53,629 bases of DNA from a virus (lineage: Duplodnaviria; Caudoviricetes). Below the pieces are notes generated by a model. It did not search any database and was not told the origin of the DNA. It saw nothing but the letters and a program-made list of their open reading frames with translations. This document shows, piece after piece, positions 29,082 to 38,398 of this stretch. A program made the position numbers and the translations under genes. Location: the IMG/VR virus record IMGVR_UViG_3300039000_000007, positions 1-53,629 of that record, one strand, 5' to 3'. The first letter of the stretch is position 1, and each line of letters starts with the position of its first letter.

Positions 29082-29590
29082 GAGGCCTTGTCCCGCTTCT
29101 CCAAGCGCTGGGCAATGGCACGGCGTGAGACGCCGCAGGCAACCTTGAGCGTGTTCAGGGATGCGCCGCGTTCCTTGTGGTAGTGGAGCAGCTCTTCGAG
29201 CTCCTTGGCGGCGTCCCGGGACGGTGCATCAGGGTCAGTGAACCTGCGGACCTTGGAGGCCTCGCGGGCAAGCACATACATCTGCGTGGACTCCTCATCG
29301 GTCAGTTCGTAACGCAGGTAGATCGGCTTGACCTGATCATTGATGGCCTTGGGCAGCTGCTCGGTGTCTGGCAGGTAGGTGTTGTCTGGTACCTTGTGCT
29401 CCCAGATCTGTACGATCGAGCGCGACACGCCCAGCGGCTCCGAGACAGCCCGCAGGGGCCACTTGTTCTGTCGCAGGGATGCCACATACTGGTAGAAGGC
29501 AGGTCGGTCGGTGTCACGCAGCTTCTTGAGCTGGGCCACGGTATCCGGAGAGAGCTCCGGAAGGGTTGATTTTTCTGTCATGGTATTCAT
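29078..29590 (-). CDS. Tandem helix-turn-helix DNA-binding protein
   Basis: Two HTH-like segments (WPLRAVSEPLGVSRSIVQIW and ASLNTLKVACGVSRRAIAQR); own promoter TTGACA-16-TATACT. Confidence 0.7.
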   Translation of the reverse strand: MNTMTEKSTLPELSPDTVAQLKKLRDTDRPAFYQYVASLRQNKWPLRAVSEPLGVSRSIVQIWEHKVPDNTYLPDTEQLPKAINDQVKPIYLRYELTDEESTQMYVLAREASKVRRFTDPDAPSRDAAKELEELLHYHKERGASLNTLKVACGVSRRAIAQRLEKRDKAS

Positions 29591-29608
29591 GCTCCTTAGT
29601 ATATCAGG

Positions 29609-30409
29609 CTATTGTATATTGTCAAGGGCTGACAGCTCTTCAGCTACCCAGTCGGTTCGCAGGGTCATGGTGTGCCTAGGCAGCCGACCCGTGCCTTGAT
29701 CCAAACCGAAGACGCGGGCACTGGTTCTGGCGTCGTCCTCGTGGTGGAACAGCCCTGTCATGGCCATGTGGTAGTGGCCATGGAAAACCAGACGGGGGGT
29801 GACAACGTCGGTGACCCGCTGAAGCTGTCTCCGGTGTTCATTGCACGCGTACACCATATCGCCGCCGAAGTATCGGCTGGCCTCGGACTGTCCATAGGGG
29901 TCGTCGGTCACCGAATTGGGGGCACTGCGGGGGCTGTCATGGGCAAGGAGGATATCTACCGGCCCGCCCTCGATGGATGCCTGTACATCCTCTTCCGTGA
30001 TCAGTTCCTCAGGCCACCAGCTGCGGCCTTCGCGGCGGAACGGCTTGTCGATGGAGGCAGCCCCGCCCAGTGCGAGCACGCGGTAGCCCTCCCATGTGAA
30101 GCGGAAGCCTCGGGGCAGGTGGAAGATGTTGGCACGCACCTTGCGGGTGCCGTCCTCGCCGATCTTCTTGGCGTACAGGCGCGGGAAATCCTCGTGGTTC
30201 CCGTCAATGAAGTACAGGATGATGTCGTGCTCGCCCAGCCGGTTCTGCAGCTTGTTCAGGTAGGGCTTATCGTCCTGCCAGATCCCGAAGTCGCCGATCT
30301 GAATGATGATCTTGATGCCCTCTCGGACAGCGTAATCGATCACATTCAACCCCTGTGGGGCGTTTCCGTGCCAGTCGCCAGCGAGCACGACATCACCTGT
30401 AAGTTCCAT
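29609..30409 (-). CDS. Calcineurin-like metallophosphoesterase
   Basis: GDWHG, GDFG, DGNHED, LAHDSP and FHGHYH motifs. Confidence 0.9.
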   Translation of the reverse strand: MELTGDVVLAGDWHGNAPQGLNVIDYAVREGIKIIIQIGDFGIWQDDKPYLNKLQNRLGEHDIILYFIDGNHEDFPRLYAKKIGEDGTRKVRANIFHLPRGFRFTWEGYRVLALGGAASIDKPFRREGRSWWPEELITEEDVQASIEGGPVDILLAHDSPRSAPNSVTDDPYGQSEASRYFGGDMVYACNEHRRQLQRVTDVVTPRLVFHGHYHMAMTGLFHHEDDARTSARVFGLDQGTGRLPRHTMTLRTDWVAEELSALDNIQ

Positions 30410-30411
30410 GC

Positions 30412-31926
30412 TTAGATGCTTCCGTTTCGTTCGAGGATGCCGGTGGTGCGCTTGACGTTGGCGCGGACCTCGGCGAAGGAGTACTCCTTCAGGAACTTGC
30501 CGTCCTCCCAGACAGGCTGGATAACAGAGTTTTTGATCTGATCATCCGTGGCCTTCTCAATCAGATACAACGTACCGTTCGCCATGTGCCCGACCGCGAG
30601 CTTTCCGGTGGCGGACTTCTTGGTGCCATCATCGGTCTTCGGGTCCTTGAAGATGTCCCGGCCTTCGCCGTTGACCTCGACGTACGTGGCCTTGACGGCG
30701 GACCCAAAGGTGTCGCGGGTCACCATCTGGTAGGAGTAGGAGCCGATACCGGCCACCCAGTTGGTGGAGGAGAAGCCCTTGGACTTGAGTCGTGCATTGA
30801 TATCTTCAATGCGGGCCGCGTACATCCCGTCGCCGTAGATCAGGCCGATGTGGGAGTCCAGTTCCCGGAAACCGGCAGCGTTCTCAGTACCGCCGAAGGT
30901 GTCCCAGAGCAGTTCGATGGCACCCTTGGACTCGGGCTCACTCCCGGTAGGTCCGTAACCTGCCCACAACAGTTCCCTGTTCGTGTTCAGACCACAGATG
31001 ATGTCTGCCGGGTCACCCGAGTCAGGGCGGATGACGAGCTTGCCGTCGCGGGCCATGATCTCATCCTTCAGGAGCGGCAGGTACTCGGTGAGAACCTTGA
31101 AGAGGTCCCACGTGTCGGCCACGATGGAAAGGATACCGGTCGGGAAGGTCTTCAGCAGGCGGCGGAAGGTTTCAATTTCGTCTTCCTTACCACCGGCACA
31201 CATCACGGAGTGCTCCGTGGCAGGCACTGAGGCGGCGATCAGGCCGTTGTCCTCACCGGGGTAGTAGTAATTCACGTACTGCACAGCCGGGACCGCGTCA
31301 GAGCCAAAGAAGGATGTGAGGTGTGCGGCACCGGAGGACATCGCGGCCTCGCGGTTGACCTGACCACGGTAGGAGAAGTCGTGCAGCTGGAAGTCAACAG
31401 CCTCGACGGCTCCACCGGTTTCGCGGGCAGCCTTCTCGAAGACGCGGCGCAGGGACCATGCAATGGTGGCCACCGTGGACGGGTGCCAAATGGCTGCGGA
31501 GAGGTCGGACTCGACGTAGTTGACGAGCCATGCGAAGTCCTTGTGGGTGGACTCGACAATCACGGACGGCACCTTGATCGGCACTAGAACGCCTTCGGGC
31601 ACCTGAGAGAAGCGCAGCGGCAGGTAGCCAAGGTCGTGCAGGTCCTCGACCATCGAAAGGTCGAAGCCGGGGGAGACGAAGGTGGAGGTTGCGTCCCTGT
31701 ACTCCTTGACAACGGTCTCCTTGTCGGCGGCGAAGAAACCCTCGTAGGCTTCCTGCAGATCCTTGAGCCACGCCTGCAGGCCGAAGTTGACGACGTGGTT
31801 GACGCCATCGACACGGGACTTGCGGTTGGTGTAGTTGGACTGGACGAATTCCAGACCCTCGGGGTACATAATTCGGTGGGAAAGCTTGTAGCTGTCGGTA
31901 TTCAGCAGCGGGTTAATGTGAAGCAT
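30412..31926 (-). CDS. NAMPT-family enzyme (probable Namat, nicotinamide ADP-ribosyltransferase of NARP1)
   Basis: TDSYKLSH, LHDFSYRG, SVPATEHSVM, SIVADTWD, IRPDSGDP, IYGDG and KDPKTDDGTKKSATG motifs. Confidence 0.9.
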   Translation of the reverse strand: MLHINPLLNTDSYKLSHRIMYPEGLEFVQSNYTNRKSRVDGVNHVVNFGLQAWLKDLQEAYEGFFAADKETVVKEYRDATSTFVSPGFDLSMVEDLHDLGYLPLRFSQVPEGVLVPIKVPSVIVESTHKDFAWLVNYVESDLSAAIWHPSTVATIAWSLRRVFEKAARETGGAVEAVDFQLHDFSYRGQVNREAAMSSGAAHLTSFFGSDAVPAVQYVNYYYPGEDNGLIAASVPATEHSVMCAGGKEDEIETFRRLLKTFPTGILSIVADTWDLFKVLTEYLPLLKDEIMARDGKLVIRPDSGDPADIICGLNTNRELLWAGYGPTGSEPESKGAIELLWDTFGGTENAAGFRELDSHIGLIYGDGMYAARIEDINARLKSKGFSSTNWVAGIGSYSYQMVTRDTFGSAVKATYVEVNGEGRDIFKDPKTDDGTKKSATGKLAVGHMANGTLYLIEKATDDQIKNSVIQPVWEDGKFLKEYSFAEVRANVKRTTGILERNGSI

Positions 31927-31970
31927 TGGTCTCTTTCGGTTGTCGTTAGTCTAAAGGTACCTGTGTATTT

Positions 31971-32891
31971 TTACTTTGTCAAGTCGATGTGTGCCAGCAG
32001 ATGGCGGATGACTTCGATGCGCCGGAACACATCGTCGGCGTCGGGGTCACCGAAATCTCCGTTGTCATTCAGCAGACGGTTGGGTGCGTAGGAGTTGGTG
32101 GTGAAAATGCGGTTGAACTTAAGGGAGAGATTCAGCAGGGCGTTCTTGGAGAAGATGCCGTGCGAGACGTAAAGGTCCAGCTTCACAGCTTCCGGAACCA
32201 CTGCGGCCAGTCCAAGGAAGGTACCGCCTCCGTCACAGATGTCATCCACTATCAGGAAATGACCGGTGTCGGGGAGGTCAATGCTGAAGCCGGAGAGCTT
32301 GCCGGTCTCGAAGTCGCGGCTCTTCTCGGCGGTGTAGAGCGGGATGCCGAAGGCTTCAGCCACGCCATTGGCCCGGTCATGTGCACCCTTGTCTGGGGCG
32401 ATGATGCCGTCGTACTTGTTCGGCATGACGATCTTGGAGTTGCGGGTATTGAGGATCTCGTGGGGGCGGACGACGGTGATGGTTGCCTTATCGCTTGCCC
32501 CGTTATCGTAGGACCACAGCTTTAGCTCCTCCACAATGACCTCGGAGTGCGGGTCATAGATGATGACCTGATCGATCCACATCTCACCGATGAACTGTGC
32601 GTAGGTGCGAGCGCCGAAGGGGGTGCCACGGTCGGCACGTGCTCCGGGGACGTAGGGCATGACGAGCACCGTCTTGGACTTCTCAGTCAGGGCGTACTGA
32701 GCCCACATGGCCAGCTGGAACAGGTCTTCGTGTATGGTGCTGGGTTCGGGCTGGAAGATCGCGATCTCGGTTGGTTCGAGTTCCCGGGACTCTTCGCGCT
32801 TGATGTGCTTCTCCCCTGCCGGGAAGGTGAAGGAGGAGAGGGCGGACTTGATGAGGCCTCCGCTGGCGGTGATTGCTTTGAAGTTGATCAT
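31971..32891 (-). CDS. Ribose-phosphate pyrophosphokinase-family enzyme (probable Adps of NARP1)
   Basis: FPAGE, MPYVPGARADR, DPHS, APDKGA, IVDDICDGGGTF and VSHGIFS motifs. Confidence 0.9.
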   Translation of the reverse strand: MINFKAITASGGLIKSALSSFTFPAGEKHIKREESRELEPTEIAIFQPEPSTIHEDLFQLAMWAQYALTEKSKTVLVMPYVPGARADRGTPFGARTYAQFIGEMWIDQVIIYDPHSEVIVEELKLWSYDNGASDKATITVVRPHEILNTRNSKIVMPNKYDGIIAPDKGAHDRANGVAEAFGIPLYTAEKSRDFETGKLSGFSIDLPDTGHFLIVDDICDGGGTFLGLAAVVPEAVKLDLYVSHGIFSKNALLNLSLKFNRIFTTNSYAPNRLLNDNGDFGDPDADDVFRRIEVIRHLLAHIDLTK

Positions 32892-32931
32892 GTAGTAATC
32901 ATGTCCTTGTATGTTTAGTTTGTCAAATTAT

Positions 32932-33177
32932 CTAGTTGCGGCTGCGCGGTTTGAACTCACACTCAAGGAATTTGGTTTTCATGACAAGGTCTCCGCGTCC
33001 GAACATGATCCATGCCCGGACAGCGGAGACCGCGTCGTATGTATTTTGGACGGCTTCAGCCAGCCTGCGTTCCTCGCCTGCGGCCATGGTAGTGCCGTCG
33101 GGGGTCCTGACTGCCCAGTGGTGTGTGCCACCATGAGTGGTGACAGTGCCCTTGATGCCCAGCGTAATTTTAGTCAT
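32932..33177 (-). CDS. Hypothetical protein
   Basis: 81 aa, leaderless after TTGACA-16-TATACT (33183-33210). Confidence 0.65.
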   Translation of the reverse strand: MTKITLGIKGTVTTHGGTHHWAVRTPDGTTMAAGEERRLAEAVQNTYDAVSAVRAWIMFGRGDLVMKTKFLECEFKPRSRN

Positions 33178-33206
33178 ACCTAAGTATATCTAGGCAAGTC
33201 TATTTG

Positions 33207-33323
33207 TCAACTAGAAGGTAGTACAGTTTCGTCCGGCTCCGGCTCATCATAGTAGGCCCGTCCGGTGAACGGCGGGCGGTAGAAGGTCATGATATCCGGC
33301 TGCGTCTCGGCGGGCTCAGTCAA
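33207..33323 (-). CDS. Small hypothetical protein (38 aa)
   Basis: TTG start overlapping the SLOG stop; [18 protein letters not shown]... Confidence 0.35.
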   Translation of the reverse strand: MTEPAETQPDIMTFYRPPFTGRAYYDEPEPDETVLPSS

Positions 33324-33684
33324 GGGCTGGGAACCGGAAGGTCTGGATGCCAGCCTTCTCGGCAAGGTCGGCGGTCATGGTTGCGCCCTTGGAGTTGTTC
33401 TTGATGAACGCAAGACAGACGTCTGCCCCAAGGCTGACCATCTCGGCGTTGCGGATGAATCCGGCCTGCTTGCCGATGGACCAGTCCGCTGGGTGGGATT
33501 CAATCGGGAAACCCTGACGGTCCCAGATCTCTTCGGCAATGGCGTCGGCCCCGGTGCGACAGGAGCCGGACACGAGGACAGCGTCAGTGGGCTGGCCTGC
33601 CCGGATCCAGATTTCCCGTAGGAGCAGGGCAATGTGGTCGATGTCGGTCCAGTCGCGGGAACCGGTGATGAGTATGCGTGTCAT
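33316..33684 (-). CDS. SLOG-family (YspA/cpYpsA-related, DUF2493-like) protein
   Basis: [33 protein letters not shown] and SKGA motifs. Confidence 0.8.
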   Translation of the reverse strand: MTRILITGSRDWTDIDHIALLLREIWIRAGQPTDAVLVSGSCRTGADAIAEEIWDRQGFPIESHPADWSIGKQAGFIRNAEMVSLGADVCLAFIKNNSKGATMTADLAEKAGIQTFRFPALD

Positions 33685-33893
33685 TTGGCGTGGTCCCAAT
33701 CACAGTTGATGGCGTAGCCGGTCCCGGAGGCTGCGGCCAGACAGGTGACTGTCCGACCGTCTGAGAGCGGCTTGTGGATCTCATTGAAGGAGTCCTCCAG
33801 CAGGAACCCGGCGTGGGCTCCGGAGGACCCACAGCCGACAAGGATGAGTGCCACGACGGATGCGCCGATGATGGCGCTGAAGGGGTACTTCAT
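33681..33893 (-). CDS. Small putative lipoprotein
   Basis: Hydrophobic signal with LVGC lipobox; DGRTVTC...INCDW. Confidence 0.65.
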   Translation of the reverse strand: MKYPFSAIIGASVVALILVGCGSSGAHAGFLLEDSFNEIHKPLSDGRTVTCLAAASGTGYAINCDWDHAK

Positions 33894-34162
33894 GACATCC
33901 ATTTGCTGAGGTCGGCAACACGCTTCGCGGTTACGTCGGCGGGCTCTGTGCCCATGTGGTTGATAACGATGTTGAAGAACTGTTTCTTCTCTGCGGCCTC
34001 ACGCTTCTCGGTTCGCAGTGCGTCCCAAACGAAGTAGGCCGCAGCCAGTGTGCCGACGATGTTGATGTAGAACCAGAGGCCGAAGGTGTTGTTAGTGATG
34101 TCGGAGATAATCCAACCGACGTCAGCTACAAGCAGGATAAACCAGAATACAGACATTTTCAT
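33890..34162 (-). CDS. Membrane protein (2 TM)
   Basis: Two hydrophobic segments; AAGGA RBS. Confidence 0.65.
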   Translation of the reverse strand: MKMSVFWFILLVADVGWIISDITNNTFGLWFYINIVGTLAAAYFVWDALRTEKREAAEKKQFFNIVINHMGTEPADVTAKRVADLSKWMS

Positions 34163-34170
34163 AGTGTTCC

Positions 34171-34323
34171 TTAAAAACGGTTGAAGGTATTGAAGGTCTC
34201 GTGGCGTGCAGTGATCTGCCGCCGAGCCTTATTGATGTGGCGGAAGACGGTGACCCAGCTAGCGACAACCGCGATCAGGCCAAGAGCGAGCAAGACTAGG
34301 AGGATGACTGTGATGATTTCCAT
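34171..34323 (-). CDS. Small membrane protein (50 aa)
   Basis: MEIITVILLVLLALGLIAVVASW...; fills the intergenic gap. Confidence 0.6.
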   Translation of the reverse strand: MEIITVILLVLLALGLIAVVASWVTVFRHINKARRQITARHETFNTFNRF

Positions 34324-34335
34324 TGAATTCTTTCT

Positions 34336-34722
34336 TTAGTAATTGAGGTAGGTCAGCGCGAACGCGTTGATTAGTACATGGACCAGATTATCTGTAACAA
34401 TCATGAGCCCTGTAGCCAACCAGATCGGTGTCGACTCTGCGTAACCTGTAGCGGTGATTGGTGGCCGGAAGGCCTTGGGGGCGAACTGGTTCTTGAACCA
34501 GATCAGATACTTCGCCAGCCGGTAGCGGTCGATCACGATGTGCGTGCCGCCGATGACCAGCAGGGCCAGCGGTGACTGTGTCAGGAACAGGAACGGAAGC
34601 GTATAGGTCATACCGTGTAGGATGGCCGGAACCCAGCGCTTGGTCTTCTCCTGTGCCATATGGTCAGTCTGCAGGATGTAATCACCAATGAAGTGTGCCG
34701 CAAGAGCATAGAGCAGTATCAA
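34336..34722 (-). CDS. DUF3307-like membrane protein
   Basis: AHFIGDYILQT, LH, THIVIDR and DNLVH motifs. Confidence 0.8.
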   Translation of the reverse strand: MILLYALAAHFIGDYILQTDHMAQEKTKRWVPAILHGMTYTLPFLFLTQSPLALLVIGGTHIVIDRYRLAKYLIWFKNQFAPKAFRPPITATGYAESTPIWLATGLMIVTDNLVHVLINAFALTYLNY

Positions 34723-35057
34723 CTTTCCAGCCTTGTGTAGGAGCTGAGGAACTCTTTGTGTGTCATGGTGTGGAAGTCTCCGTTACTGTCCTTGAAGACC
34801 CAGCTGCCGTCGGAGACCGTAGTGTACCCACCTGCAGTGAGAACTTCAATATAGATGTAGCAGCGGTCCCGAGAATCAACACCGTCATACCCTTCACCAC
34901 CACACCAGTCCGCGATCGCGTAGACCTCATCAACATACTCCATCCAGCGTGCGTCCCGTGAGCCGCTGGAGTGTTCATCGGGGTTGTGGGGCGAGAAGGG
35001 GAGACGCAGGGCTTTGATGGGTCCGGGTTGTGGGACGAAGACCTCTGGCGTAATCAC
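34719..35057 (-). CDS. Hypothetical protein
   Basis: 112 aa; V..GSWVFKD..GDFH....EF...Y pattern common in phage proteins; 4-nt overlaps. Confidence 0.65.
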   Translation of the reverse strand: MITPEVFVPQPGPIKALRLPFSPHNPDEHSSGSRDARWMEYVDEVYAIADWCGGEGYDGVDSRDRCYIYIEVLTAGGYTTVSDGSWVFKDSNGDFHTMTHKEFLSSYTRLES

Positions 35058-35179
35058 GCGAGGAAGATGAGCATCAGAATGGTGAGCAGGACGTTGTCGC
35101 CGAACCAGTGCCAGAGCTGGATGGCGGGCTCCCAGCCAGTGGACTGGAGGATATCAGTGAGGATCCATACAAGAATCAT
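35054..35179 (-). CDS. Small membrane protein (41 aa)
   Basis: MILVWILTD...LLTILMLIFLA; its stop overlaps the next start. Confidence 0.55.
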   Translation of the reverse strand: MILVWILTDILQSTGWEPAIQLWHWFGDNVLLTILMLIFLA

Positions 35180-35191
35180 GGTGTTCTTTCG

Positions 35192-35410
35192 TTAGAGTGT
35201 TTGTCCGAAATAATCGGGCGGGACGGGTGTGCACATGGCTTCGAACAATTCGTCTTCGAAGGCCTGCAGCGCTTCCTCAGGGGAGAGAGGAAGCGACTCA
35301 GGCAGTGAGAGACGACCGGCCAAGACTTCTTTTTCGGCGTCCTCGTTGCTCAGGCCGTGGACCTTGGCCAGCTTTATGAGGTCAGGATGGAAACGTCGGA
35401 TGACGATCAC
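35192..35410 (-). CDS. Hypothetical protein
   Basis: 72 aa, tight packing. Confidence 0.6.
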   Translation of the reverse strand: MIVIRRFHPDLIKLAKVHGLSNEDAEKEVLAGRLSLPESLPLSPEEALQAFEDELFEAMCTPVPPDYFGQTL

Positions 35411-35676
35411 GCGGCGGGACGGTTCGGCATGAGCATGATCTCACGATCGATGGCCACGTCGATGATGTCCCGCTGGTCCACGCCGATGGAGACGAGCTTG
35501 GCGCGTGGGTCAATGTAGAAGCTGTCCACTACACCACGGCGGTCCCATGATGAGCTGTTGGGCTTCTTCTCGGTGTAGAGGACCATGCCCAGCGCCTCAT
35601 CATAAAGTTCTCCGGCTATGACGGTGAAGATCTGGCCCTTGCCGTCTACTGCGATGTCGATCACGCCTTGACCCAC
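35407..35676 (-). CDS. Hypothetical protein
   Basis: About 85-89 aa, overlapping its neighbours. Confidence 0.6.
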   Translation of the reverse strand: MGQGVIDIAVDGKGQIFTVIAGELYDEALGMVLYTEKKPNSSSWDRRGVVDSFYIDPRAKLVSIGVDQRDIIDVAIDREIMLMPNRPAA

Positions 35677-36011
35677 TCAGTGATGGTGCGCTCGGTGGGG
35701 GTGACAGGCTGGAAGACGGTGTAGCTGGAGCTATACATGTTTCTGACGGACTGGATACTCAGGTAGTAGAGGCCGCTCCGGAGGCCCTCAATGATGACGT
35801 ACGAGGGCTCGTCACTGGATACGACCCGGAACAGGGAGGGGTTGAGAGCTGGCAAGTCCATTGAACGGTGCTTGGAGAACAGGCTGTTGAGGGTATTGAG
35901 CTCTTCGAACGCAATCTTGTAGTCAATCGGCGGTGAATCAGTCATTTTTTGAGGTAGTCTTTCATCTTTTGGAGGGCCGGGAAGGTATTGACGCCGGGAT
36001 CCTTGTGCCAT
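35661..36011 (-). CDS. Hypothetical protein
   Basis: 116 aa downstream of a TTGACG-17-TATACT promoter. Confidence 0.6.
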   Translation of the reverse strand: MAQGSRRQYLPGPPKDERLPQKMTDSPPIDYKIAFEELNTLNSLFSKHRSMDLPALNPSLFRVVSSDEPSYVIIEGLRSGLYYLSIQSVRNMYSSSYTVFQPVTPTERTITEWVKA

Positions 36012-36136
36012 CTTGTGCTCTAAGTATACGCAGATATCTGGTTTTCGTCAAGAGATGGGCTGGATTCGGGCGGAAACAGGCTAAATGTCAGTATTTATCG
36101 TGGATTATGACACTTAGTAGGTGGAATTAAGCCACA

Positions 36137-36181
36137 AAAAGACCTCCCGAAGAGGTGGAAGATCAGGTCGGGAGGCCTTTT
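36137..36181. terminator. Bidirectional terminator-like hairpin
   Basis: AAAA-GACCTCCCGA...TCGGGAGGCC-TTTT. Confidence 0.55.
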
Positions 36182-36227
36182 GCGGGGCTATTTAGTTGAC
36201 AAGTGTGTATATTTAGATGGTTTTTTG

Positions 36228-36566
36228 CTAATTTTCTGCTGGATTTTCGGCAAAAAGGGCCTTATTCTCCTCCAGATACACCGCGTGCATGCGTTCGAGG
36301 AGGTTCAGACCGATCATGAAGCCCTTTTGGACGTCCGGAGAGGCTACCTGAGCCATCTGGACCGAGGCATTTCGGTAACATTCGAGCACCAGATGCCACA
36401 CAACGCCGGTGGAATCCTCTGTGTGGTCCGCCAGCAGGGCTGCAAACTCCTCTTTGGGCACGATAACGTGTGTTTCGGAGAGGGCTTTGAAGGCGATACG
36501 GGAGATCCGGGCCACATCTGCCGGAGTGACGTCGATAATGGGCTCCGGCTCTGTCTCAGTTGGCAA
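36228..36566 (-). CDS. Hypothetical protein
   Basis: TTG start overlapping the upstream stop. Confidence 0.6.
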   Translation of the reverse strand: MPTETEPEPIIDVTPADVARISRIAFKALSETHVIVPKEEFAALLADHTEDSTGVVWHLVLECYRNASVQMAQVASPDVQKGFMIGLNLLERMHAVYLEENKALFAENPAEN

Positions 36567-36882
36567 AACTGACCCCCTTCTGCAGCATTTCGAGGGCCAT
36601 CTCACGGGCTTCGTCACCGGAATGGTCCGTCGTCGACTCGATCAGGGTGATCATGCGTCCCAGCTCGGGTGAGGTCTGCATGTCACGGACCTTCAGGGCG
36701 ATCGCGTAGAGCTCTTGGGACCGGTTACGCAGCTCCTCGTAGCTGAGGGAGGCTCCGTGGCGTGGAATCGTGGTGTCTCCGGCTGTGATTGAGTCAGCTT
36801 CGACTGTGACCTCCGGCAGATCGTTCAGATCGAAGATCACAAGCCCGTTGACACTGAATTCCGTGTGGTTCTCTATGGACAT
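36556..36882 (-). CDS. Hypothetical protein
   Basis: MSIENHTE..., AAGGAAG RBS. Confidence 0.65.
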   Translation of the reverse strand: MSIENHTEFSVNGLVIFDLNDLPEVTVEADSITAGDTTIPRHGASLSYEELRNRSQELYAIALKVRDMQTSPELGRMITLIESTTDHSGDEAREMALEMLQKGVSFAN

Positions 36883-36928
36883 AGCGGCTTCCTTACGGTT
36901 AAGTGGTTGAGAGTGCGGGTATAGGTTA

Positions 36929-37147
36929 TCAGACGAAGAGAGATTCGAGCCGGTAGACCTCTCGGCACATGGTACGCGACCATGCACGGCCCTTAATGGG
37001 GTCTTCAAAGAGGTCACCGAGCGTCAGAAAGTCGTCCAGCATGTCAATCGGGGTGGTGCCGGTGTAAAAACTGTAAAGCGTGTGGAAATCCTCGCGTGCT
37101 GCGGTAATTCCCGCCCTGAGTGAGACCAAAGTGGCGGTGTTCATCAA
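36929..37147 (-). CDS. Hypothetical protein
   Basis: About 71 aa, AGGA RBS. Confidence 0.5.
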   Translation of the reverse strand: MMNTATLVSLRAGITAAREDFHTLYSFYTGTTPIDMLDDFLTLGDLFEDPIKGRAWSRTMCREVYRLESLFV

Positions 37148-37429
37148 TTCCTAGGTGTTCGGGTGGCTTTTATCGCGGAAATGCCCCTCAGCGTAGTACT
37201 CCGCGACAACTTTGTTGTCTATGTTGACTAGTTTAGTCTCTTGATTTGACTAAGTCCAGTATTTCTGGAAGAAATCTTGAGAAAATCTTGATCGGATCTT
37301 GTAACATACACCTGACAGACAGATGTATAGACGACCCATACACAGTGGGGCAGGTCGTTGAGCCAACAGTAGCAGGGCTTAGGGTGTGGTGCGGACCTGT
37401 TCGGGGTGTGTCGCGGATATTTCTTGGGG

Positions 37430-37669
37430 TTACTGGCCGTGATGCTGGTCGAGGAGCTGCAGCGTGTGGTCCATCAGTTTGGCCTTCATCACTTCGAGGT
37501 AGAGCCATGTGCCCTTGAGGACAAGGGCGACGGTCTCGTGGTCCTCTGCGGCGTACTGGACCTGCAGGGTCTCGATTTCAGCGTCCAGCCACGTGATGCA
37601 GGAGGCAATTGTCATGGTCGGGGTCGGTGCGCCCTTGACGGGCTGGGAGTAATCGGGGGGTGTGCTCAC
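37430..37669 (-). CDS. Hypothetical protein
   Basis: 79 aa, 4-nt overlap. Confidence 0.6.
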   Translation of the reverse strand: MSTPPDYSQPVKGAPTPTMTIASCITWLDAEIETLQVQYAAEDHETVALVLKGTWLYLEVMKAKLMDHTLQLLDQHHGQ

Positions 37670-37962
37670 TGGAAGTCCTCTACGTGGTGGGTGGGCTTTG
37701 TGCGCCGGTATCCGTCGCCCCAGAGCATGGCTGCGGCTGCCGAGACGGCGTGGCGGATCTCACTCTTGTCCGGATCGACGGGTAGCATGTCGGTGATAGC
37801 GTCCTGCAGGAAGGTGTTCAGGAGCAGCTGCTGTTCGGTCTCGGAGAGTGGCTTGGGGTGGGTGCTGGTGCGCAGCAGCTCATCATAGCTGGGTACGTTG
37901 ATCGGGTCGGTTACCAGTTCGTCGCCCTGCGGGGCATCGCCGTCTTCAAATGGTTCGTTCAC
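37666..37962 (-). CDS. Hypothetical protein
   Basis: 98 aa, 4-nt overlaps. Confidence 0.6.
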   Translation of the reverse strand: MNEPFEDGDAPQGDELVTDPINVPSYDELLRTSTHPKPLSETEQQLLLNTFLQDAITDMLPVDPDKSEIRHAVSAAAAMLWGDGYRRTKPTHHVEDFQ

Positions 37963-38165
37963 TTTTCGTCCTCTTCCCAGTACGGGTCATTGTCGGTGTC
38001 AGTGAGATCCTCGGGAAAGAACATCTCTTCGTTATCGTCCACGAAGGGTGCGAAATCCTCTTCGGTGAGCGGGTTCATGGGGCCGGTCGTGAAGGAGAGG
38101 TAGGGGCCGATGGCTCCGAGGAGCGGGTAACTGTCCTCATACTCTTCGTCTTCTGGAGTTGTCAT
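37959..38165 (-). CDS. Small highly acidic protein
   Basis: 68 aa, very D/E-rich with a single basic residue. Confidence 0.6.
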   Translation of the reverse strand: MTTPEDEEYEDSYPLLGAIGPYLSFTTGPMNPLTEEDFAPFVDDNEEMFFPEDLTDTDNDPYWEEDEK

Positions 38166-38398
38166 CGGGTCAGGTCCGTTCTGTTGTCTGATAGTGCATC
38201 AATAATAAGCTCGGAGGAGAGAAGCTGGTAGTGGTCGCTCTGCGCCCAGCGCTCGGCGACGGAGTCGAGGTCGCCGAGGGGAATGTTGGTCGCGAGCTGG
38301 TAGGACTCGACGGGCTCGAAGTAAGTGTACTCGGGGTCGAATTCGTCGGTCTTCTTCTCGAAGACGATGCGGATATCCATGAAACGTTGCTGGGTCAC
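38162..38398 (-). CDS. Hypothetical protein
   Basis: 78 aa, FMDIRIV. Confidence 0.6.
   Translation of the reverse strand: MTQQRFMDIRIVFEKKTDEFDPEYTYFEPVESYQLATNIPLGDLDSVAERWAQSDHYQLLSSELIIDALSDNRTDLTR

Noticed and set aside
30412-32891. NARP2 or a host-derived housekeeping NAD salvage operon
   Set aside because: There is no NMNAT partner in the window and the context is entirely phage-like, so NARP1 fits better
36196-36225. Plus-strand TTGACA resembling the 44295 promoter
   Set aside because: No -10 box at a 16-18-nt spacing
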